Assembly: GCA_044440125.1 (NCBI GenBank) | Contig: JBITAJ010000028.1 | Span: forward strand, 234,230 to 298,229 | Length of the DNA stretch: 64,000 nucleotides | Reading direction: 5' to 3' | Source of the DNA: Sedimentisphaeraceae bacterium JB056 | GTDB taxonomy: Bacteria; Planctomycetota; Phycisphaerae; Sedimentisphaerales; Sedimentisphaeraceae | Shown here: positions 30,240 through 41,894 of the stretch, piece by piece | How the letters are laid out: each line of letters opens with the position of its first letter | Position numbering within the stretch: the first letter of the stretch is position 1 | Notes under the pieces: model-generated | The model's database searches: none | Told to the model about the DNA's origin: nothing | Seen by the model: the letters and a program-made list of their open reading frames with translations, nothing else | Translations under genes and position numbers: made by a program

Positions 30240-31337
30240 TCACCCTCGTTTCGCTTCGATCTCAAAGGCGGTATCAATGAAATAGCGGTAGGTGTCGTAT
30301 TCGACGCTTTGCGGTATACTGTGATCAGTGTGCAGAATATACGGCACATTATCAAGCACTGTTGGCAATGTATCCTCAAGATATGCTTTAACCTGCGACT
30401 TATCATTTGTCTCAAGTACACGGATATCAAGGCCGCCGCAAAGAGCAATCTTGCCCGAATAATCTTTCGCAATCTTCTTCACGTCCATACCAGCCTTAAC
30501 TTCCATAGCCTGCAAGCAATTCATACCCGCATCAATAAGCCCCGGTATTAGTGCTTCCACATAGCCGCAGGAATGAACCATAACCTGCTTATCAAGGCTG
30601 TGGGCAAAGCTGAAAAGCTTCTTCTGGTACGGCTGAACTAATTCCATATACATTGCAGGCGACATGAAAGGTTTGAACTTGAAACCCATATCCTCATAAA
30701 ACCACATACCATCAGGCTCGCCTTCTTCTGCAAAAAGCTTTTTCGCAAGCTTGATAACCAGATCAGAATAAACTTCGCCCATTTCCTTGATCCAGTCGGG
30801 TTCCAATGCCATTCCCATAAGCATGTACTCATGACCGCAAACAGGGTGCATTATCTCAAAAACACTAACTCCCGCCCAGCAGAAAAATTTATCTTTTTCC
30901 GCCGCCATTGCCTTTTTCTCCCTGTAAGGACCAACCACGTCTTTAAGACGTACATCATAAAGCGACTCATCAAGAGCTACCGGTTTAATTTTCTCCGTCC
31001 ATGCCGCATAATCTTTAATGTCAAAATCCACATGCTCAGGAACACCGCTTTTGTTTTTCCAGAGTTTCAAGGTTGCGCCATTTCCATTCTTAAAAAGCTT
31101 GGTTTCCTCTGTCTCCTCGATTATTGTCTCAGGGTTGTGCGGGTCGGCTGTCATATCGCCGCTGCACCAGTTTCGTATAATATCAAAATCGAAGTGGAAT
31201 TCAGGGTTTTCACCTTCTTCAAGATGACCTTCTTTGACCCATTTATCAACAGTCTCAGGCCAAAAATGCTCAGAAATACCCATACCAACACTGCCATCAC
31301 CTGCGAGAATCGCAGAAATTTTTTCCTTAGAAGTCAT
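30240..31337 (-). CDS. Uroporphyrinogen decarboxylase/methyltransferase (UROD/MetE-like) family protein
   Basis: YEDMG, MSPAMY, HSCG, DHSIP motifs. Confidence 0.8.
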   Translation of the reverse strand: MTSKEKISAILAGDGSVGMGISEHFWPETVDKWVKEGHLEEGENPEFHFDFDIIRNWCSGDMTADPHNPETIIEETEETKLFKNGNGATLKLWKNKSGVPEHVDFDIKDYAAWTEKIKPVALDESLYDVRLKDVVGPYREKKAMAAEKDKFFCWAGVSVFEIMHPVCGHEYMLMGMALEPDWIKEMGEVYSDLVIKLAKKLFAEEGEPDGMWFYEDMGFKFKPFMSPAMYMELVQPYQKKLFSFAHSLDKQVMVHSCGYVEALIPGLIDAGMNCLQAMEVKAGMDVKKIAKDYSGKIALCGGLDIRVLETNDKSQVKAYLEDTLPTVLDNVPYILHTDHSIPQSVEYDTYRYFIDTAFEIEAKRG

Positions 31338-31421
31338 TACATACCGCCTTTTACGTTATAGTTTCAAATTATTTCATGAAAAACAACTCTAATAATATAA
31401 CTGCCGGCAGCAAAATAAAAA

Positions 31422-32330
31422 ATGCTTGTAAAAAACAATAAGATGTCTAAAATTAACATCATGAGCTTTATCAAAAGAGACAATAGACCATTTGGGTTTT
31501 GTGTTTACCCGCCCGGAGCAACACTCGGACCACGAGTACTGGCCGATTACGAGATAGTATGGATAGAGAGCGGTTCAGCTGTATGGCTGCATAACGGTGA
31601 AGAATATAACCTCATGCCTGGAAGCATCTTACTTGTAAGACCAGGAGACAGAGAAACATTTTACTGGGACAGGAATAAACATAGCAGCCATTACTTTTAC
31701 CACTTTGGCCTGAATAAGAAAGCTGCTCCTCCATTAAAAATATATAAAGATGAAAGTTTATGGCCGTTCCTGCATAATTTACCTCAAAATAACGTGCTTA
31801 AACCAATGGCCATGAATGCTTTTCGAATGATCAAAAACGGTAGAAAAGACACTGACCCCATCCTGCAAAGCATGCTTCAGCAAATACTGCTTACCTTCGT
31901 AAGCGGCTGTTACGAAGTTGAGCAGGAAATGCCGGACGACCTGCCGCCGGCTATCGAAAGAGTGTTCCACTACATACACTCAGAATGGAGCAAACTGCCC
32001 CTGATAAAACCCGACCTCAAGACTCTTGCTTCAAAATCATTAGTGTCGACAACTCACCTGTGTCGTCTTTTCAATGAGGCTTTTGAGATGAGTCCGATAC
32101 AGGTTATAACCATAATGAGGCTCAAACGAGCCTCGACACTTCTGGAACGAACGAATTACAGACTTAAACAAATAGCACATCTTACAGGGTTTGAAAACCA
32201 ATACCACTTCTCACGTTTATTCAAAAAAATATACGGAATAAGCCCCTCTGAATACAGAAAAGATTCATTGATAGTCAAGCCATTACCAAGGTCATCGCTA
32301 ATAGTCAAAAGACTTGACAAAAAGATTTAA
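31422..32330 (+). CDS. AraC family regulator, divergent from the sugar operon
   Basis: Cupin N-terminus; TGFENQYHFSRLFKKIYGISPSEYR. Confidence 0.92.
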   Translation: MLVKNNKMSKINIMSFIKRDNRPFGFCVYPPGATLGPRVLADYEIVWIESGSAVWLHNGEEYNLMPGSILLVRPGDRETFYWDRNKHSSHYFYHFGLNKKAAPPLKIYKDESLWPFLHNLPQNNVLKPMAMNAFRMIKNGRKDTDPILQSMLQQILLTFVSGCYEVEQEMPDDLPPAIERVFHYIHSEWSKLPLIKPDLKTLASKSLVSTTHLCRLFNEAFEMSPIQVITIMRLKRASTLLERTNYRLKQIAHLTGFENQYHFSRLFKKIYGISPSEYRKDSLIVKPLPRSSLIVKRLDKKI

Positions 32331-32334
32331 AATG

Positions 32335-32380
32335 AAAAAGCACGGCTTGAGCAAGTCAAAACCTGCCAAAACCGTGCTTG
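32335..32380. terminator. Terminator between convergent genes
   Basis: AAAAAGCACGG...CCGTGCTT. Confidence 0.5.
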
Positions 32381-32400
32381 AAGATTTTTATGTCAATAAT

Positions 32401-32832
32401 CTAAAGCTTCTGTATATCATCTTTTGAAACTACAGTAATTTCACTGTCTGCAAGTACGTTAGAAGCCGCTTCAGGATTATCAAAACGAAATACCATAAGG
32501 GCTTTATCAGAAAATTTTTCGATAAAACCATACATATATTCAATATTAATCTCATTCTTTGAAAGTACATTGAGTATTTTGGCCAATCCGCCCGGTGTAT
32601 CTTCCACCTCAACTGCTACAACATTGGTAAGGTTAGCGGTAAAGCCATGTTCCTTGAGAACCTCTATCGCGGCTGATGGTCTGTCAACAACAAGTCTCAT
32701 AACACCGAAAGTTTCCGTCTCGGCTATTGTAAGTGCACGTATATTTATATCGTTTTCACCAAATAAATTGCACACATCAGACAATCTTCCTTTGCGATTC
32801 TCCAAAAAAACTGATATCTGTGTAATATTCAT
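32401..32832 (-). CDS. Tandem ACT-domain protein
   Basis: QISVFLENRKGRL, INIRAL, EDTPGGL, INIEYMY; usual neighbour of paaK-like ligases. Confidence 0.88.
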   Translation of the reverse strand: MNITQISVFLENRKGRLSDVCNLFGENDINIRALTIAETETFGVMRLVVDRPSAAIEVLKEHGFTANLTNVVAVEVEDTPGGLAKILNVLSKNEINIEYMYGFIEKFSDKALMVFRFDNPEAASNVLADSEITVVSKDDIQKL

Positions 32833-32883
32833 CGTTTTTATTCCTTTCAAAAGCAATCAACTGCCAAAGGCATTGAACCTACT

Positions 32884-34185
32884 TTAATTATTCCTCTTGT
32901 CAATAACTCGCTTCGCCTTGCCTTCACTTCTGGCTACAGTACCAGGCTCTACCAGCCTTACCTTAGCACTCAGCGAAAGAACAGAATCCATCTTTTCCTT
33001 GATGGTCATCTCAAGCTCATGAAGCTTTTTAATCTCATCGGAGAATATGCTTTCCTCAATCTCAACGAGAATTTCAATAGTATCCATACCTTTTTCAGAG
33101 CGATCAATCACAAGCTGATAATGCGGCTGGGTTCCTTCAATACCGAGCAGTACATCCTCTATCTGGGATGGGAAGACATTTATGCCGCGTATGATTATCA
33201 TATCATCGGTCCTGCCCTTTATCTTGCTTATACGAGGGCTTGTCCTGCCGCAAAGGCACTTCTGGTTATTGATGCTCACGATATCCCTTGTGCGATATCT
33301 TAACAGCGGAATACCGGTTTTTGTAAGCGTGGTGATAACAAGCTCGCCATTTTCACCTTCAGGAACATATTCCCCTGTATCAGGGTCTATTATCTCCGGG
33401 TAGAACACATCACTGTAGAAGTGGAGTCCGTCCTTATGCTGGCATTCCTGACAAACACCAGGACCAATTATTTCGCTAAGCCCATATATATCGGTAGCGA
33501 CAAGGCCAAGGCTTTCTTCGATATCCTGCCTCATCGACTCACTCCATGGTTCTGCTCCGAAGATTCCAATTTCCCAGCTGCTCTTGCGAGGATCGAGTCC
33601 CATAGCTCTTGCCTCTTCAGCAATATACAAAGCATAACTCGGTGTACAAGCAAGAATGCGAGGTTTGAAGTCAGTCATCAGTTTGAGCTGACGTTTGGTA
33701 TTTCCACTTGAAGCAGGAATAACCGTAAGCCCCATCTCAATACCGCCGTAATGAAGGCCAAGGCCGCCTGTGAAGAGGCCGTAACCATAAGCAACCTGAA
33801 GCATATCACCCGGCACCGCACCCGCGCAGCAAAGCGAACGGGCCATAACGGTAGCCCAAAGATGAAGATCATCCTTGGTGTAGCCGACAACGGTCGGATT
33901 TCCGGTAGTACCGCTTGAGACGTGTATCTCAGAAATATTCTTGATATCCTGAGAGAAAAGTCCAAAAGGATAGCTGTCTCTCATATCAAGTTTGGTTGTA
34001 AAGGGAAGTTTGCTGAGATCGTCAATACTCTTTATACTATCAGGATTTATACCGACCTGATCGATTCTTGACTTGTAAAAAGGGGAATTCTCATAGATAT
34101 AACTAACGAGATTTTGTAAACGTTCTGACTGCAGGGCCTTAAGCTCTTCGGCGCCCATGCACTCGACATTTTCGTTCCAGATCAT
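32884..34185 (-). CDS. paaK: Phenylacetate--CoA ligase family protein
   Basis: SSGTTGNP, YGYGLFTGGLG, DIYGLSE, RYRTRD, GRTDDM..RGINVFPSQIE. Confidence 0.9.
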   Translation of the reverse strand: MIWNENVECMGAEELKALQSERLQNLVSYIYENSPFYKSRIDQVGINPDSIKSIDDLSKLPFTTKLDMRDSYPFGLFSQDIKNISEIHVSSGTTGNPTVVGYTKDDLHLWATVMARSLCCAGAVPGDMLQVAYGYGLFTGGLGLHYGGIEMGLTVIPASSGNTKRQLKLMTDFKPRILACTPSYALYIAEEARAMGLDPRKSSWEIGIFGAEPWSESMRQDIEESLGLVATDIYGLSEIIGPGVCQECQHKDGLHFYSDVFYPEIIDPDTGEYVPEGENGELVITTLTKTGIPLLRYRTRDIVSINNQKCLCGRTSPRISKIKGRTDDMIIIRGINVFPSQIEDVLLGIEGTQPHYQLVIDRSEKGMDTIEILVEIEESIFSDEIKKLHELEMTIKEKMDSVLSLSAKVRLVEPGTVARSEGKAKRVIDKRNN

Positions 34186-34410
34186 TTTAGAAAGACCTCA
34201 AAAAAGTAAGATTTCTATACCAACAACGGAACAACGCGTCCCGAAAACACACTTCATCCACCTCTACTTATATGAAAAATTATTATAACCCATGAAATCT
34301 ATTATGCAAGTAAAAACGGAAAGTGGATTTTTCTTGTAAACAATATACTTTGCGGGGAGTTTCGTGATAGTAATCTGTCGAGATTCAAGGCGAGCTTTAA
34401 AATAAAAAAG

Positions 34411-34481
34411 AGCGGGTGATGGGAATCGAACCCACGTGGCCAGCTTGGAAGGCTGGGGCTTTACCATTAAGCTACACCCGC
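34411..34481 (-). tRNA. tRNA-Gly (TCC)
   Basis: GCGGGTGTAGCTTAATGGTAAAGCCCCAGCCTTCCAAGCTGG...GGTTCGATTCCCATCACCCGCT cloverleaf; CCA not encoded. Confidence 0.95.
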
Positions 34482-34711
34482 TTTAGAAGTTGCATAGCAT
34501 ATATATTTCAGTTTATTTGTCAAGCGATGAATAACTATTTTTTAACAAAAACTAAGTAGAAGATGTATCACCGCTTAATTATAGATGATCAGCCATTGTT
34601 AAAGTAAATTTGAATTATATTTAACATTTAATGCAATAACATGTATACTATCATCCATTTACGCGTTTTATGAAGCGTTATCCAGAATTAATGTAACAAT
34701 AAGGTGATATA

Positions 34712-35500
34712 ATGAAAATAGCACGAATCAAGGTGGGCGAGGCAATCTTTTATGCCTCTGTAGGTGAAAATGAGTTTGAAATAATAAATGGCAATATATT
34801 CGGCGAAATTGAACTAAGCGGAGAAAAAGTAGCAGCCTCTGAATGCACTCTGCTGGCTCCAATTGAACCTTATCAGATAATAGCAATCGGGGCTAACTAC
34901 CGCCGGCATGCTGATGAGTGCGGCATGGAATATCCTAAGGCACCCATTGTTTTCATCAAAGCCAACAGCTCTCTGGCAGGGCCCGGCGACGATGTAATTT
35001 TGCCGAAAATGGCTCCAAATGAGGTAGACTTTGAGGCTGAGCTGACCATTGTAATAGGTAAGACGGCCAAAAACATCACCGAAGATGAGGTTGATGACTA
35101 TATATTAGGCTATACCTGCGGCAATGATATCTCTGCAAGAGACTGCCAGCTAAAGCTTGATGTGCAGTGGGCAAGAGGCAAGAGCTTCGACACATTCGCG
35201 CCTATCGGCCCATGGATAGCAACAGGTCTGGATGGTGACAACCTCGATATAAGTCTGACACTAAACGGGGAAAAGGTGCAGGACTCAAACACCTCCGATC
35301 TAATATTCAACTGCCGCTATCTGGTCAGCTACCTGTCGAGATGCATGACATTGCATCCGGGAACGATCATAATGACAGGCACTCCTTCAGGCGTAGGCAT
35401 GGGACGCAAACAAAAGCTATACCTCAAAGAAGGAGACAATATGAGTGTTACCATAGAAGGTATCGGAACACTCCAAAACACTGTCAGCAAAGAAATGTAA
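34712..35500 (+). CDS. Fumarylacetoacetate hydrolase family protein
   Basis: IGANY, VDFEAEL, NDISARD, GKSFDTF, MTGTPSGVG. Confidence 0.93.
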   Translation: MKIARIKVGEAIFYASVGENEFEIINGNIFGEIELSGEKVAASECTLLAPIEPYQIIAIGANYRRHADECGMEYPKAPIVFIKANSSLAGPGDDVILPKMAPNEVDFEAELTIVIGKTAKNITEDEVDDYILGYTCGNDISARDCQLKLDVQWARGKSFDTFAPIGPWIATGLDGDNLDISLTLNGEKVQDSNTSDLIFNCRYLVSYLSRCMTLHPGTIIMTGTPSGVGMGRKQKLYLKEGDNMSVTIEGIGTLQNTVSKEM

Positions 35501-35676
35501 TCACTGGCATCTATGACACTGTCAAACTGGCGTGTCATAGATGCTTTAATGCCCACTTTGCCGAATCAAGTCCAGTATCAACTCTTGAGCTGAGGCTTAA
35601 TATCAAAAGCATAAACACTTCCTTTACAGTGCTTTACACAAAAAATCCCTGCCAAAATTAACACAAAACAATCTTT

Positions 35677-35692
35677 TGGCACTATTTTTGCT
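35677..35692 (+). promoter_or_regulatory. Sigma-54 promoter of the groEL-groES-groEL-dnaJ-grpE operon
   Basis: TGGCAC-TATTT-TTGCT with canonical spacing. Confidence 0.8.
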
Positions 35693-35807
35693 TATAACAA
35701 GTTCTACAGGTGGTGCGATATCTGTCCAGACAAAACAGAGATCGCAAACACCGTAGCGTTAAAGAAGTATACAGAAACTTATAATCGTTAACAGGAGTAA
35801 TTAAGAT

Positions 35808-37508
35808 ATGGCAGCAAAAGACTTATCTTTTGAATCAGAAGCAAGGGCTTCCCTGCTGGCCGGTGTTGAAAAACTGGCAGCAGCAGTAAAGTCTACACTT
35901 GGACCACGCGGCCGGTGTGCAATAATCGACAAAGGCTGGGGCGGCCCTACCGTAACCAAGGACGGCGTAACAGTTGCCGAAGAGATCGATCTTTTCGACA
36001 AGACTGAAAACATGGCAGCCAAGCTTGTCAAAGAAGCAGCAAGCAAGACAAGCAAGAAAGCCGGTGACGGCACAACCACAGCTACAGTTCTTACAGAAGC
36101 TATCTTCAAAGAGGCTTGCAAGAATCTGGCAGCCGGTGCTGATCCAATGGCAATGAACAGAGGTATCAAGAAGGCAGTGGAAGCCGCAACAGCAAAGCTT
36201 CTTTCAATGGCTAAGCCGGTTGACATCTCAAAGAAGAACGATATCGTGAATATCGCTTCTATCTCAGCCAACAACGATCCCGATATTGGCAAGACCATGG
36301 CTGACGCTTTCATGCGTGTAGGCAAGGACGGCGTTATCACAGTAGAAGAAGGCAAAGGCCTTGATACATACGTTGATTTCGTAGAAGGTATGCAGTTCGA
36401 CCGCGGTTATCTTTCTCCGCACTTCGTAACAGATCAGGACAACATGCTCTGCGAACTGGAAAAACCTTTCATCCTCATTTTCGAGGACAAGATCAGTAAT
36501 ATTCAGAAGCTGGTACCAATCCTTGAAGCAGTAGCCAAAAGCAAAAGACCGCTTCTTATCATCGCTGAAGATGTTGAAGGTGAAGCACTGGCAACTCTCG
36601 TAGTTAACAAACTTCGCGGCATTCTCGAAGTAGCAGCCGTAAAGGCTCCGGGATACGGCGATCGTCGTAAAGCAATGCTTGAGGATATCGCTATCTGCAC
36701 AGGCGGACAGGCAATAATGAAAGACCTCGGCATCGAGCTTGACAGCATCGACATCCAACAGCTTGGACAGGCCAAGAAGGTTACTATCGACAATGATAAC
36801 ACAATTATCGTTGAAGGAGCCGGAAATGAAGATGCCATCAAGGCACGAATCGATCAGATAAAGAATGAAATTGAAATCACAACAAGTGATTATGACCGTG
36901 AGAAGCTTCAGGAGCGTATGGCTAAGCTTACAGGCGGCGTTGCACAGATCAACGTTGGTGCAGGCAGCGAAGCTGAAATGAAAGAGAAGAAAGCACGTAT
37001 CGAAGACGCACTTCACGCAACACGTGCAGCTATTGAAGAAGGTATTGTAGCCGGCGGCGGTGTTGCCCTCGTACGCTGCATCCCTGCAATCGAAGCTCTC
37101 AAGCTTTCAGGCGATGAAAAGACCGGTGCTATGGCTGTAACAAGAGCACTCAAGATGCCTTGCTACCAGATTGCTGACAATGCCGGTGCAGTAGCTAACC
37201 TTATCGTAAATAAAGTATCAGAAGCAGAAGAAGGCTTCGGATACAATGCCAATACAGACAAGTTCGAAGACCTCATCTCTGCCGGTGTTATCGACCCGGT
37301 TAAAGTAACACGTATCGCACTGGAAAGCAGCGCGAGTGTTGCAGGTCTTCTTATGACAACCGACTGCGTTGTCACCGAACAGCCTTCCGATGAGCCAGAG
37401 ATGCCGGCCGGTGGCGGAATGCCAGGCGGCATGGGCGGTATGGGAGGAATGGGCGGCATGCCAGGAATGGGTGGCATGGGTGGAATGCCCGGAATGGGAA
37501 TGATGTAA
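35808..37508 (+). CDS. groEL: Chaperonin GroEL (copy 2, long GGM tail)
   Basis: [27 protein letters not shown], (GGM)n tail. Confidence 0.98.
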   Translation: MAAKDLSFESEARASLLAGVEKLAAAVKSTLGPRGRCAIIDKGWGGPTVTKDGVTVAEEIDLFDKTENMAAKLVKEAASKTSKKAGDGTTTATVLTEAIFKEACKNLAAGADPMAMNRGIKKAVEAATAKLLSMAKPVDISKKNDIVNIASISANNDPDIGKTMADAFMRVGKDGVITVEEGKGLDTYVDFVEGMQFDRGYLSPHFVTDQDNMLCELEKPFILIFEDKISNIQKLVPILEAVAKSKRPLLIIAEDVEGEALATLVVNKLRGILEVAAVKAPGYGDRRKAMLEDIAICTGGQAIMKDLGIELDSIDIQQLGQAKKVTIDNDNTIIVEGAGNEDAIKARIDQIKNEIEITTSDYDREKLQERMAKLTGGVAQINVGAGSEAEMKEKKARIEDALHATRAAIEEGIVAGGGVALVRCIPAIEALKLSGDEKTGAMAVTRALKMPCYQIADNAGAVANLIVNKVSEAEEGFGYNANTDKFEDLISAGVIDPVKVTRIALESSASVAGLLMTTDCVVTEQPSDEPEMPAGGGMPGGMGGMGGMGGMPGMGGMGGMPGMGMM

Positions 37509-37607
37509 TCAAATGATTATTTAGATAATAAGCATCATATTTAACAAAATAACAGCAGAGGCACAGATTTTGTGCCCCTAAAGCTAAGATAAAACAGGAG
37601 TATATAT

Positions 37608-37895
37608 ATGAAAATCAGACCATTAGGTGACAGAGTAGTAGTTGAGCCGCAGACAGCCGAAGAGAAAAGTGCAGGCGGCATCCTTCTTCCTGATTCAGCT
37701 CAAGAGAAACCTCTTATGGGTAAAATAATCGCTGTTGGTAAAGGCAAGACTCTTGACAATGGTGAAGTTGCAGAGATGAGCGTCAAAAAAGGCGACGTGG
37801 TAGTTTACGGTACTTACAGCGGCAGTGAGATCACTGTTGACGGTAAGGACCTAAAGATTCTTCACGAAGGCGAAATTCTCGGAATCGTTGAATAA
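37608..37895 (+). CDS. groES: Co-chaperonin GroES (copy 2)
   Basis: MKIRPLGDRVVV, SAGGILLPDSAQEKP. Confidence 0.97.
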   Translation: MKIRPLGDRVVVEPQTAEEKSAGGILLPDSAQEKPLMGKIIAVGKGKTLDNGEVAEMSVKKGDVVVYGTYSGSEITVDGKDLKILHEGEILGIVE

Positions 37896-37951
37896 TAACT
37901 GGATTGAATTGGTTTATTAACTTTAGGCTTAAAAAGCCGGAGGAATAAAAT

Positions 37952-39568
37952 ATGGCAAAACAAATGATGTTCGAAACTGCTGCGAGAAAAGAGCTCAAGG
38001 AAGGTTTGAGTGCACTCGCTTCGGCGGTTAAGGTAACAATGGGCCCGACAGGCAAGAATGTGCTTTTGCACAAGAGCTTCGGCGCACCAAAAGTAACAAA
38101 AGACGGCGTATCTGTAAGTAAAGAGATCGAGTTGCCCGAAGTGTTCAAGAACATGGGCGCAAAGATGGTCAACCAGGTAGCTAACAAGACAAGCGACAAG
38201 GTTGGCGATGGCACAACTACAGCAACTGTTCTGGCAGAAGCTATCTACGCCGAAGGACTTAAATTCGTAGCTGCAGGTGCTAATCCGGTAGCTATACAAA
38301 GAGGAATCAACAAGGCTGTAGAGGTTGTAACAAACTTTATCGCCGAGAATTCCAAGAAGGTGAAAGGCCACGCCGATATCGCCAAGGTAGCGACAATCAG
38401 TGCCAACAACAATGCCGCGGTAGGCGAAATGATCGCCAACGCAATGGATAAGGTCGGCAAAGAAGGCGTTATCGAGATCGAAGAAGGCAAGGGAATGGAA
38501 ACAGAGCTCAGCGTTGTCGAAGGTATGCAGTTCGACCGCGGCTACATCTCTCCATACTTCATCACAGACACCGGCAGTCTTGAAGCTGTTCTTGAAGACG
38601 CTTACGTTCTTCTTCACGAAAAGAAGATATCAAACGTACGCGAGCTTGTTCCGCTTCTTGAGAAGACTGCTCAGGTTGGCGCACCTCTTTTCATTATTGC
38701 TGAAGACATTGAAGGCGAAGCTCTTACAGCTCTCGTTATCAACCGTCTGCAGGGTGTAATCAAAGTGGCCGCCGTTAAGGCTCCCGGCTTTGGTGATCGC
38801 CGTAAAGCAATGCTTGAGGACCTTGCAACCCTCACCGGTGGTATGGTCATAACAGAAGACCTCGGCATCAAGCTCGAGACAGTTGAACTCAAGCAGCTCG
38901 GTCGTGCCAAGAAAGTCATCATCGGCAAAGATAACACAACGGTTATCGAAGGTGCCGGTAAGAAGAAAGACATCAAGTCACGCTGCGAGCAAATTCGCTC
39001 AATGATTGAGAAAACAACAAGCGACTACGATCGCGAGAAGCTGCAGGAACGCCTTGCTAAGCTTACAGGCGGAGTTGCAATAATCAAAGCCGGTGCTGCC
39101 ACAGAAGTGGAAATGAAAGAACGTAAGGATCTTCTGGACGACGCTCTCTGTGCTACAAAAGCAGCTACAGAGGAAGGTATCGTAGCAGGCGGCGGACTTA
39201 CTTACCTCCGTGCTATCGAAGTTGTGAACAATTCACGCAGCAAGGTTAAGGGCGATGAGAAAATCGGTTTCGACATTATCGCCGGTGCACTGAAAGCTCC
39301 AACACGTCAGATCGTTGACAACGGCGGCGGTGAAGGCGATGTTGTTGTTGAGCAAATCCTTGAACAAAAAGGCAATGTCGGTTATGACGCTGCTCAAGGA
39401 AAGTTCACCGACCTTGTTAAAGCCGGCATCATTGATCCGGCCAAGGTTACGAGAACCGCTCTCCAGAACGCTGCATCAGTATCAGGCTTGATGCTGACAA
39501 CAAACGTACTCATCACTGACTATGATGATAAGTGCGAAGATGGCGACATCCCAGGCGCGATTCACTAA
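37952..39568 (+). CDS. groEL: Chaperonin GroEL (copy 3, acidic tail)
   Basis: [27 protein letters not shown]; ends [16 protein letters not shown]. Confidence 0.97.
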   Translation: MAKQMMFETAARKELKEGLSALASAVKVTMGPTGKNVLLHKSFGAPKVTKDGVSVSKEIELPEVFKNMGAKMVNQVANKTSDKVGDGTTTATVLAEAIYAEGLKFVAAGANPVAIQRGINKAVEVVTNFIAENSKKVKGHADIAKVATISANNNAAVGEMIANAMDKVGKEGVIEIEEGKGMETELSVVEGMQFDRGYISPYFITDTGSLEAVLEDAYVLLHEKKISNVRELVPLLEKTAQVGAPLFIIAEDIEGEALTALVINRLQGVIKVAAVKAPGFGDRRKAMLEDLATLTGGMVITEDLGIKLETVELKQLGRAKKVIIGKDNTTVIEGAGKKKDIKSRCEQIRSMIEKTTSDYDREKLQERLAKLTGGVAIIKAGAATEVEMKERKDLLDDALCATKAATEEGIVAGGGLTYLRAIEVVNNSRSKVKGDEKIGFDIIAGALKAPTRQIVDNGGGEGDVVVEQILEQKGNVGYDAAQGKFTDLVKAGIIDPAKVTRTALQNAASVSGLMLTTNVLITDYDDKCEDGDIPGAIH

Positions 39569-39596
39569 TTAATTTAGTGAAATAGAAAAAAACATG

Positions 39597-39631
39597 TGTA
39601 GAGGCGTTGGTTTTCAGCGCCTCTACATTTT
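39597..39631 (+). terminator. Hairpin/terminator between groEL copy 3 and dnaJ
   Basis: TGTAGAGGCGTTG...CAGCGCCTCTACA followed by TTTT. Confidence 0.65.
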
Positions 39632-39772
39632 AAGCTTTATCAGAAACTTAAACCTGATGAAGCTTTTGTTCTGTCAATACTATCAAAAATATCGCATGCA
39701 AACATACGAAATAATGCGGTATCTTTAATAGTATTGAAAATAAGTAACGAAAGAAGATCGGTAACTTTTATT

Positions 39773-40909
39773 ATGGCAAAACGTGACTATTACGAAGTTC
39801 TTGGCGTAAGCAAAACAGCTTCCGCGGATGAGATAAAGAAGGCCTACAGGAAACTGGCGGTCAAATTTCATCCTGACAAAAACCCCGGCAACAAAGAGGC
39901 CGAGGAGAAGTTCAAGGAATGCGCCGAGGCTTACGAAGTCCTCAGCAATCAGGAAAAACGCCAGCGATATGACCAGTTCGGCCATGAAGGGCTTAGAGGT
40001 GCTGGCGTTCATGACTATTCTCACATGAATGTTGATGACATATTCAGCAACTTCGGTGATATATTCGGCGACATATTCGGTGGAGGCAGAAGCCGCAGAA
40101 GCCGCAACCCAAACGCTCCTCAAAGAGGACTCGATCTGGAAACCTCTGTAGCTCTTACGCTGAATGAAGTTGCCAACGGCTGTGAAAAGAATATTGAATT
40201 CACAAGACAGGATAACTGTCCTGAATGTTCAGGCTCAGGCTGTGCAAAGGGTACATCCCCTCAGACTTGCCAAACCTGTCACGGAAGCGGACAAGTTGCG
40301 AATTCAAGAATGGGCGGTTTTTTCCAGATGCTCACAACCTGCCCTACCTGCCGTGGACAGGGACGGACAATTCCTAATCCATGCTCCAAATGCAGGGGCA
40401 GAGGAACTGTAGCAGCTAAAAGAAAAGTAGTGGTCAAGATACCTGCCGGTGTACATGAAGGCCAGGCAGTTCGTATGAACGGCGAAGGCGAACCGGGCAA
40501 GAACAATGGGCCAAGGGGTGATTTGTATTGCTATGTCAATATAAAGGAACACCCGTTCCTGATGAGGGATGACTCAAACCTTATCGCTATTGTGCCGATA
40601 AGCTTCACGCAGGCGGCACTTGGCGCAAGCATTGATGTGCCGAGTCTTGAAGGCGCCAAAAAGCTGACAATACCTGCCGGAACGCAATATGGCGATGTAT
40701 TCAGGATTCGCAATCAGGGCCTGCCGGATATGAGAACCGGAAGAAAAGGCGATGAGCTGATAAGGATAACGATAGAAATCCCACGAAAACTCACTGATAA
40801 GCAAAAAGAAATGCTTAAAAAATTCGCGGAAACTGAAGATAAGAACGTTTCACCGGAAAGCTCCGGTTTTTTTGAAAAACTTAAAAACTATTTCGGTAAT
40901 AAGAAATGA
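39773..40909 (+). CDS. dnaJ: Chaperone DnaJ
   Basis: [14 protein letters not shown] motif, four CxxCxGxG repeats. Confidence 0.97.
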   Translation: MAKRDYYEVLGVSKTASADEIKKAYRKLAVKFHPDKNPGNKEAEEKFKECAEAYEVLSNQEKRQRYDQFGHEGLRGAGVHDYSHMNVDDIFSNFGDIFGDIFGGGRSRRSRNPNAPQRGLDLETSVALTLNEVANGCEKNIEFTRQDNCPECSGSGCAKGTSPQTCQTCHGSGQVANSRMGGFFQMLTTCPTCRGQGRTIPNPCSKCRGRGTVAAKRKVVVKIPAGVHEGQAVRMNGEGEPGKNNGPRGDLYCYVNIKEHPFLMRDDSNLIAIVPISFTQAALGASIDVPSLEGAKKLTIPAGTQYGDVFRIRNQGLPDMRTGRKGDELIRITIEIPRKLTDKQKEMLKKFAETEDKNVSPESSGFFEKLKNYFGNKK

Positions 40910-41556
40910 TGAAAAAGAATAAAAAAACAGAAAAAGTTGAGCAGCAGAATAAATCTGAAGATGTCAAGAATACAGAAGAAACTGTAAATGAAACAGAAAC
41001 AATGCCCAAAGAATGCATTGAAAACTGTTCAGACATTGCAAAGCTTAAAGATGAATACAAAGAGCTGGAAGGCAAATTCCAGCGTCTAAGTGCTGATTAT
41101 GCAAATTATCAGAAAAGAGTACCAAGACAGATAGAAGAATCCATCACATACAAAGTAGAATCTTTCATTAAGTCTCTGCTTCCTGGTATTGACAACTTTG
41201 ATCATGCATTATCACATGCTTCCTCTTCAAGCCTTGAAGACATGATAAAAGGACTTGAGATGGTCTACGAAAACCTTCTTTCTATCCTGAAAAGTAACGG
41301 GCTTGAACAAATTGATGCCGAAGGCGAGAATTTCGACCCTAATTGTCATCAGGCTGTTATGCAGCGTGCTGATGAAGAAAAAGATAATGGTATTGTTCTT
41401 GAGCAATATCAAAAGGGATACAAATTCAAAGACAGGGTTCTGCGTCCTGCCATGGTAGTAGTCAATAAACTGCCGGAAACAGAAGCCCCCGAACAAGAGT
41501 CTGCTGAAATCGAAAACGAAGATCAACAGCAAGAGAATGATACAAAGACGGAGTAA
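40906..41556 (+). CDS. grpE: Nucleotide exchange factor GrpE
   Basis: [32 protein letters not shown]. Confidence 0.95.
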   Translation: MMKKNKKTEKVEQQNKSEDVKNTEETVNETETMPKECIENCSDIAKLKDEYKELEGKFQRLSADYANYQKRVPRQIEESITYKVESFIKSLLPGIDNFDHALSHASSSSLEDMIKGLEMVYENLLSILKSNGLEQIDAEGENFDPNCHQAVMQRADEEKDNGIVLEQYQKGYKFKDRVLRPAMVVVNKLPETEAPEQESAEIENEDQQQENDTKTE

Positions 41557-41561
41557 TAAAG

Positions 41562-41894
41562 ATGCCTACATATGACTATGTTTGTGAAAATTGCAACCAC
41601 TCCTTTGAAAAATTCCAGATGATGAGTGCTTCGCCACTTAGAAAATGTCCCGAATGCTCCAAGATGAAACTTCGCAGACTCATTGGAACAGGTGCTGGTA
41701 TCATATTCAAAGGCAGCGGTTTTTATGAAACTGATTATCGCAGTGACAGCTATAAACAAGGTCAGACAAGCGAGCAAAAACCTCAAAAAGCCGAAGGTTC
41801 ATCAGATAAAAAGAGCGATAAGAAGCCTGAAAAGGTGAAATCTGAGACAAAAGCAGAGACCAAAGCCCCTAAAGCTTCTAAAAAAACAAAATAA
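41562..41894 (+). CDS. FmdB family zinc-ribbon protein
   Basis: MPTYDYVCENC...CPEC, FKGSGFYETDY. Confidence 0.9.
   Translation: MPTYDYVCENCNHSFEKFQMMSASPLRKCPECSKMKLRRLIGTGAGIIFKGSGFYETDYRSDSYKQGQTSEQKPQKAEGSSDKKSDKKPEKVKSETKAETKAPKASKKTK

Noticed and set aside
34411..34481. tRNA-Gly or tRNA-His as an island integration site
   Set aside because: No duplicated tRNA 3' end and no integrase seen in the window.
37405..37505. 9-bp tandem repeats at the end of groEL copy 2
   Set aside because: Ordinary coding of the GGM tail.
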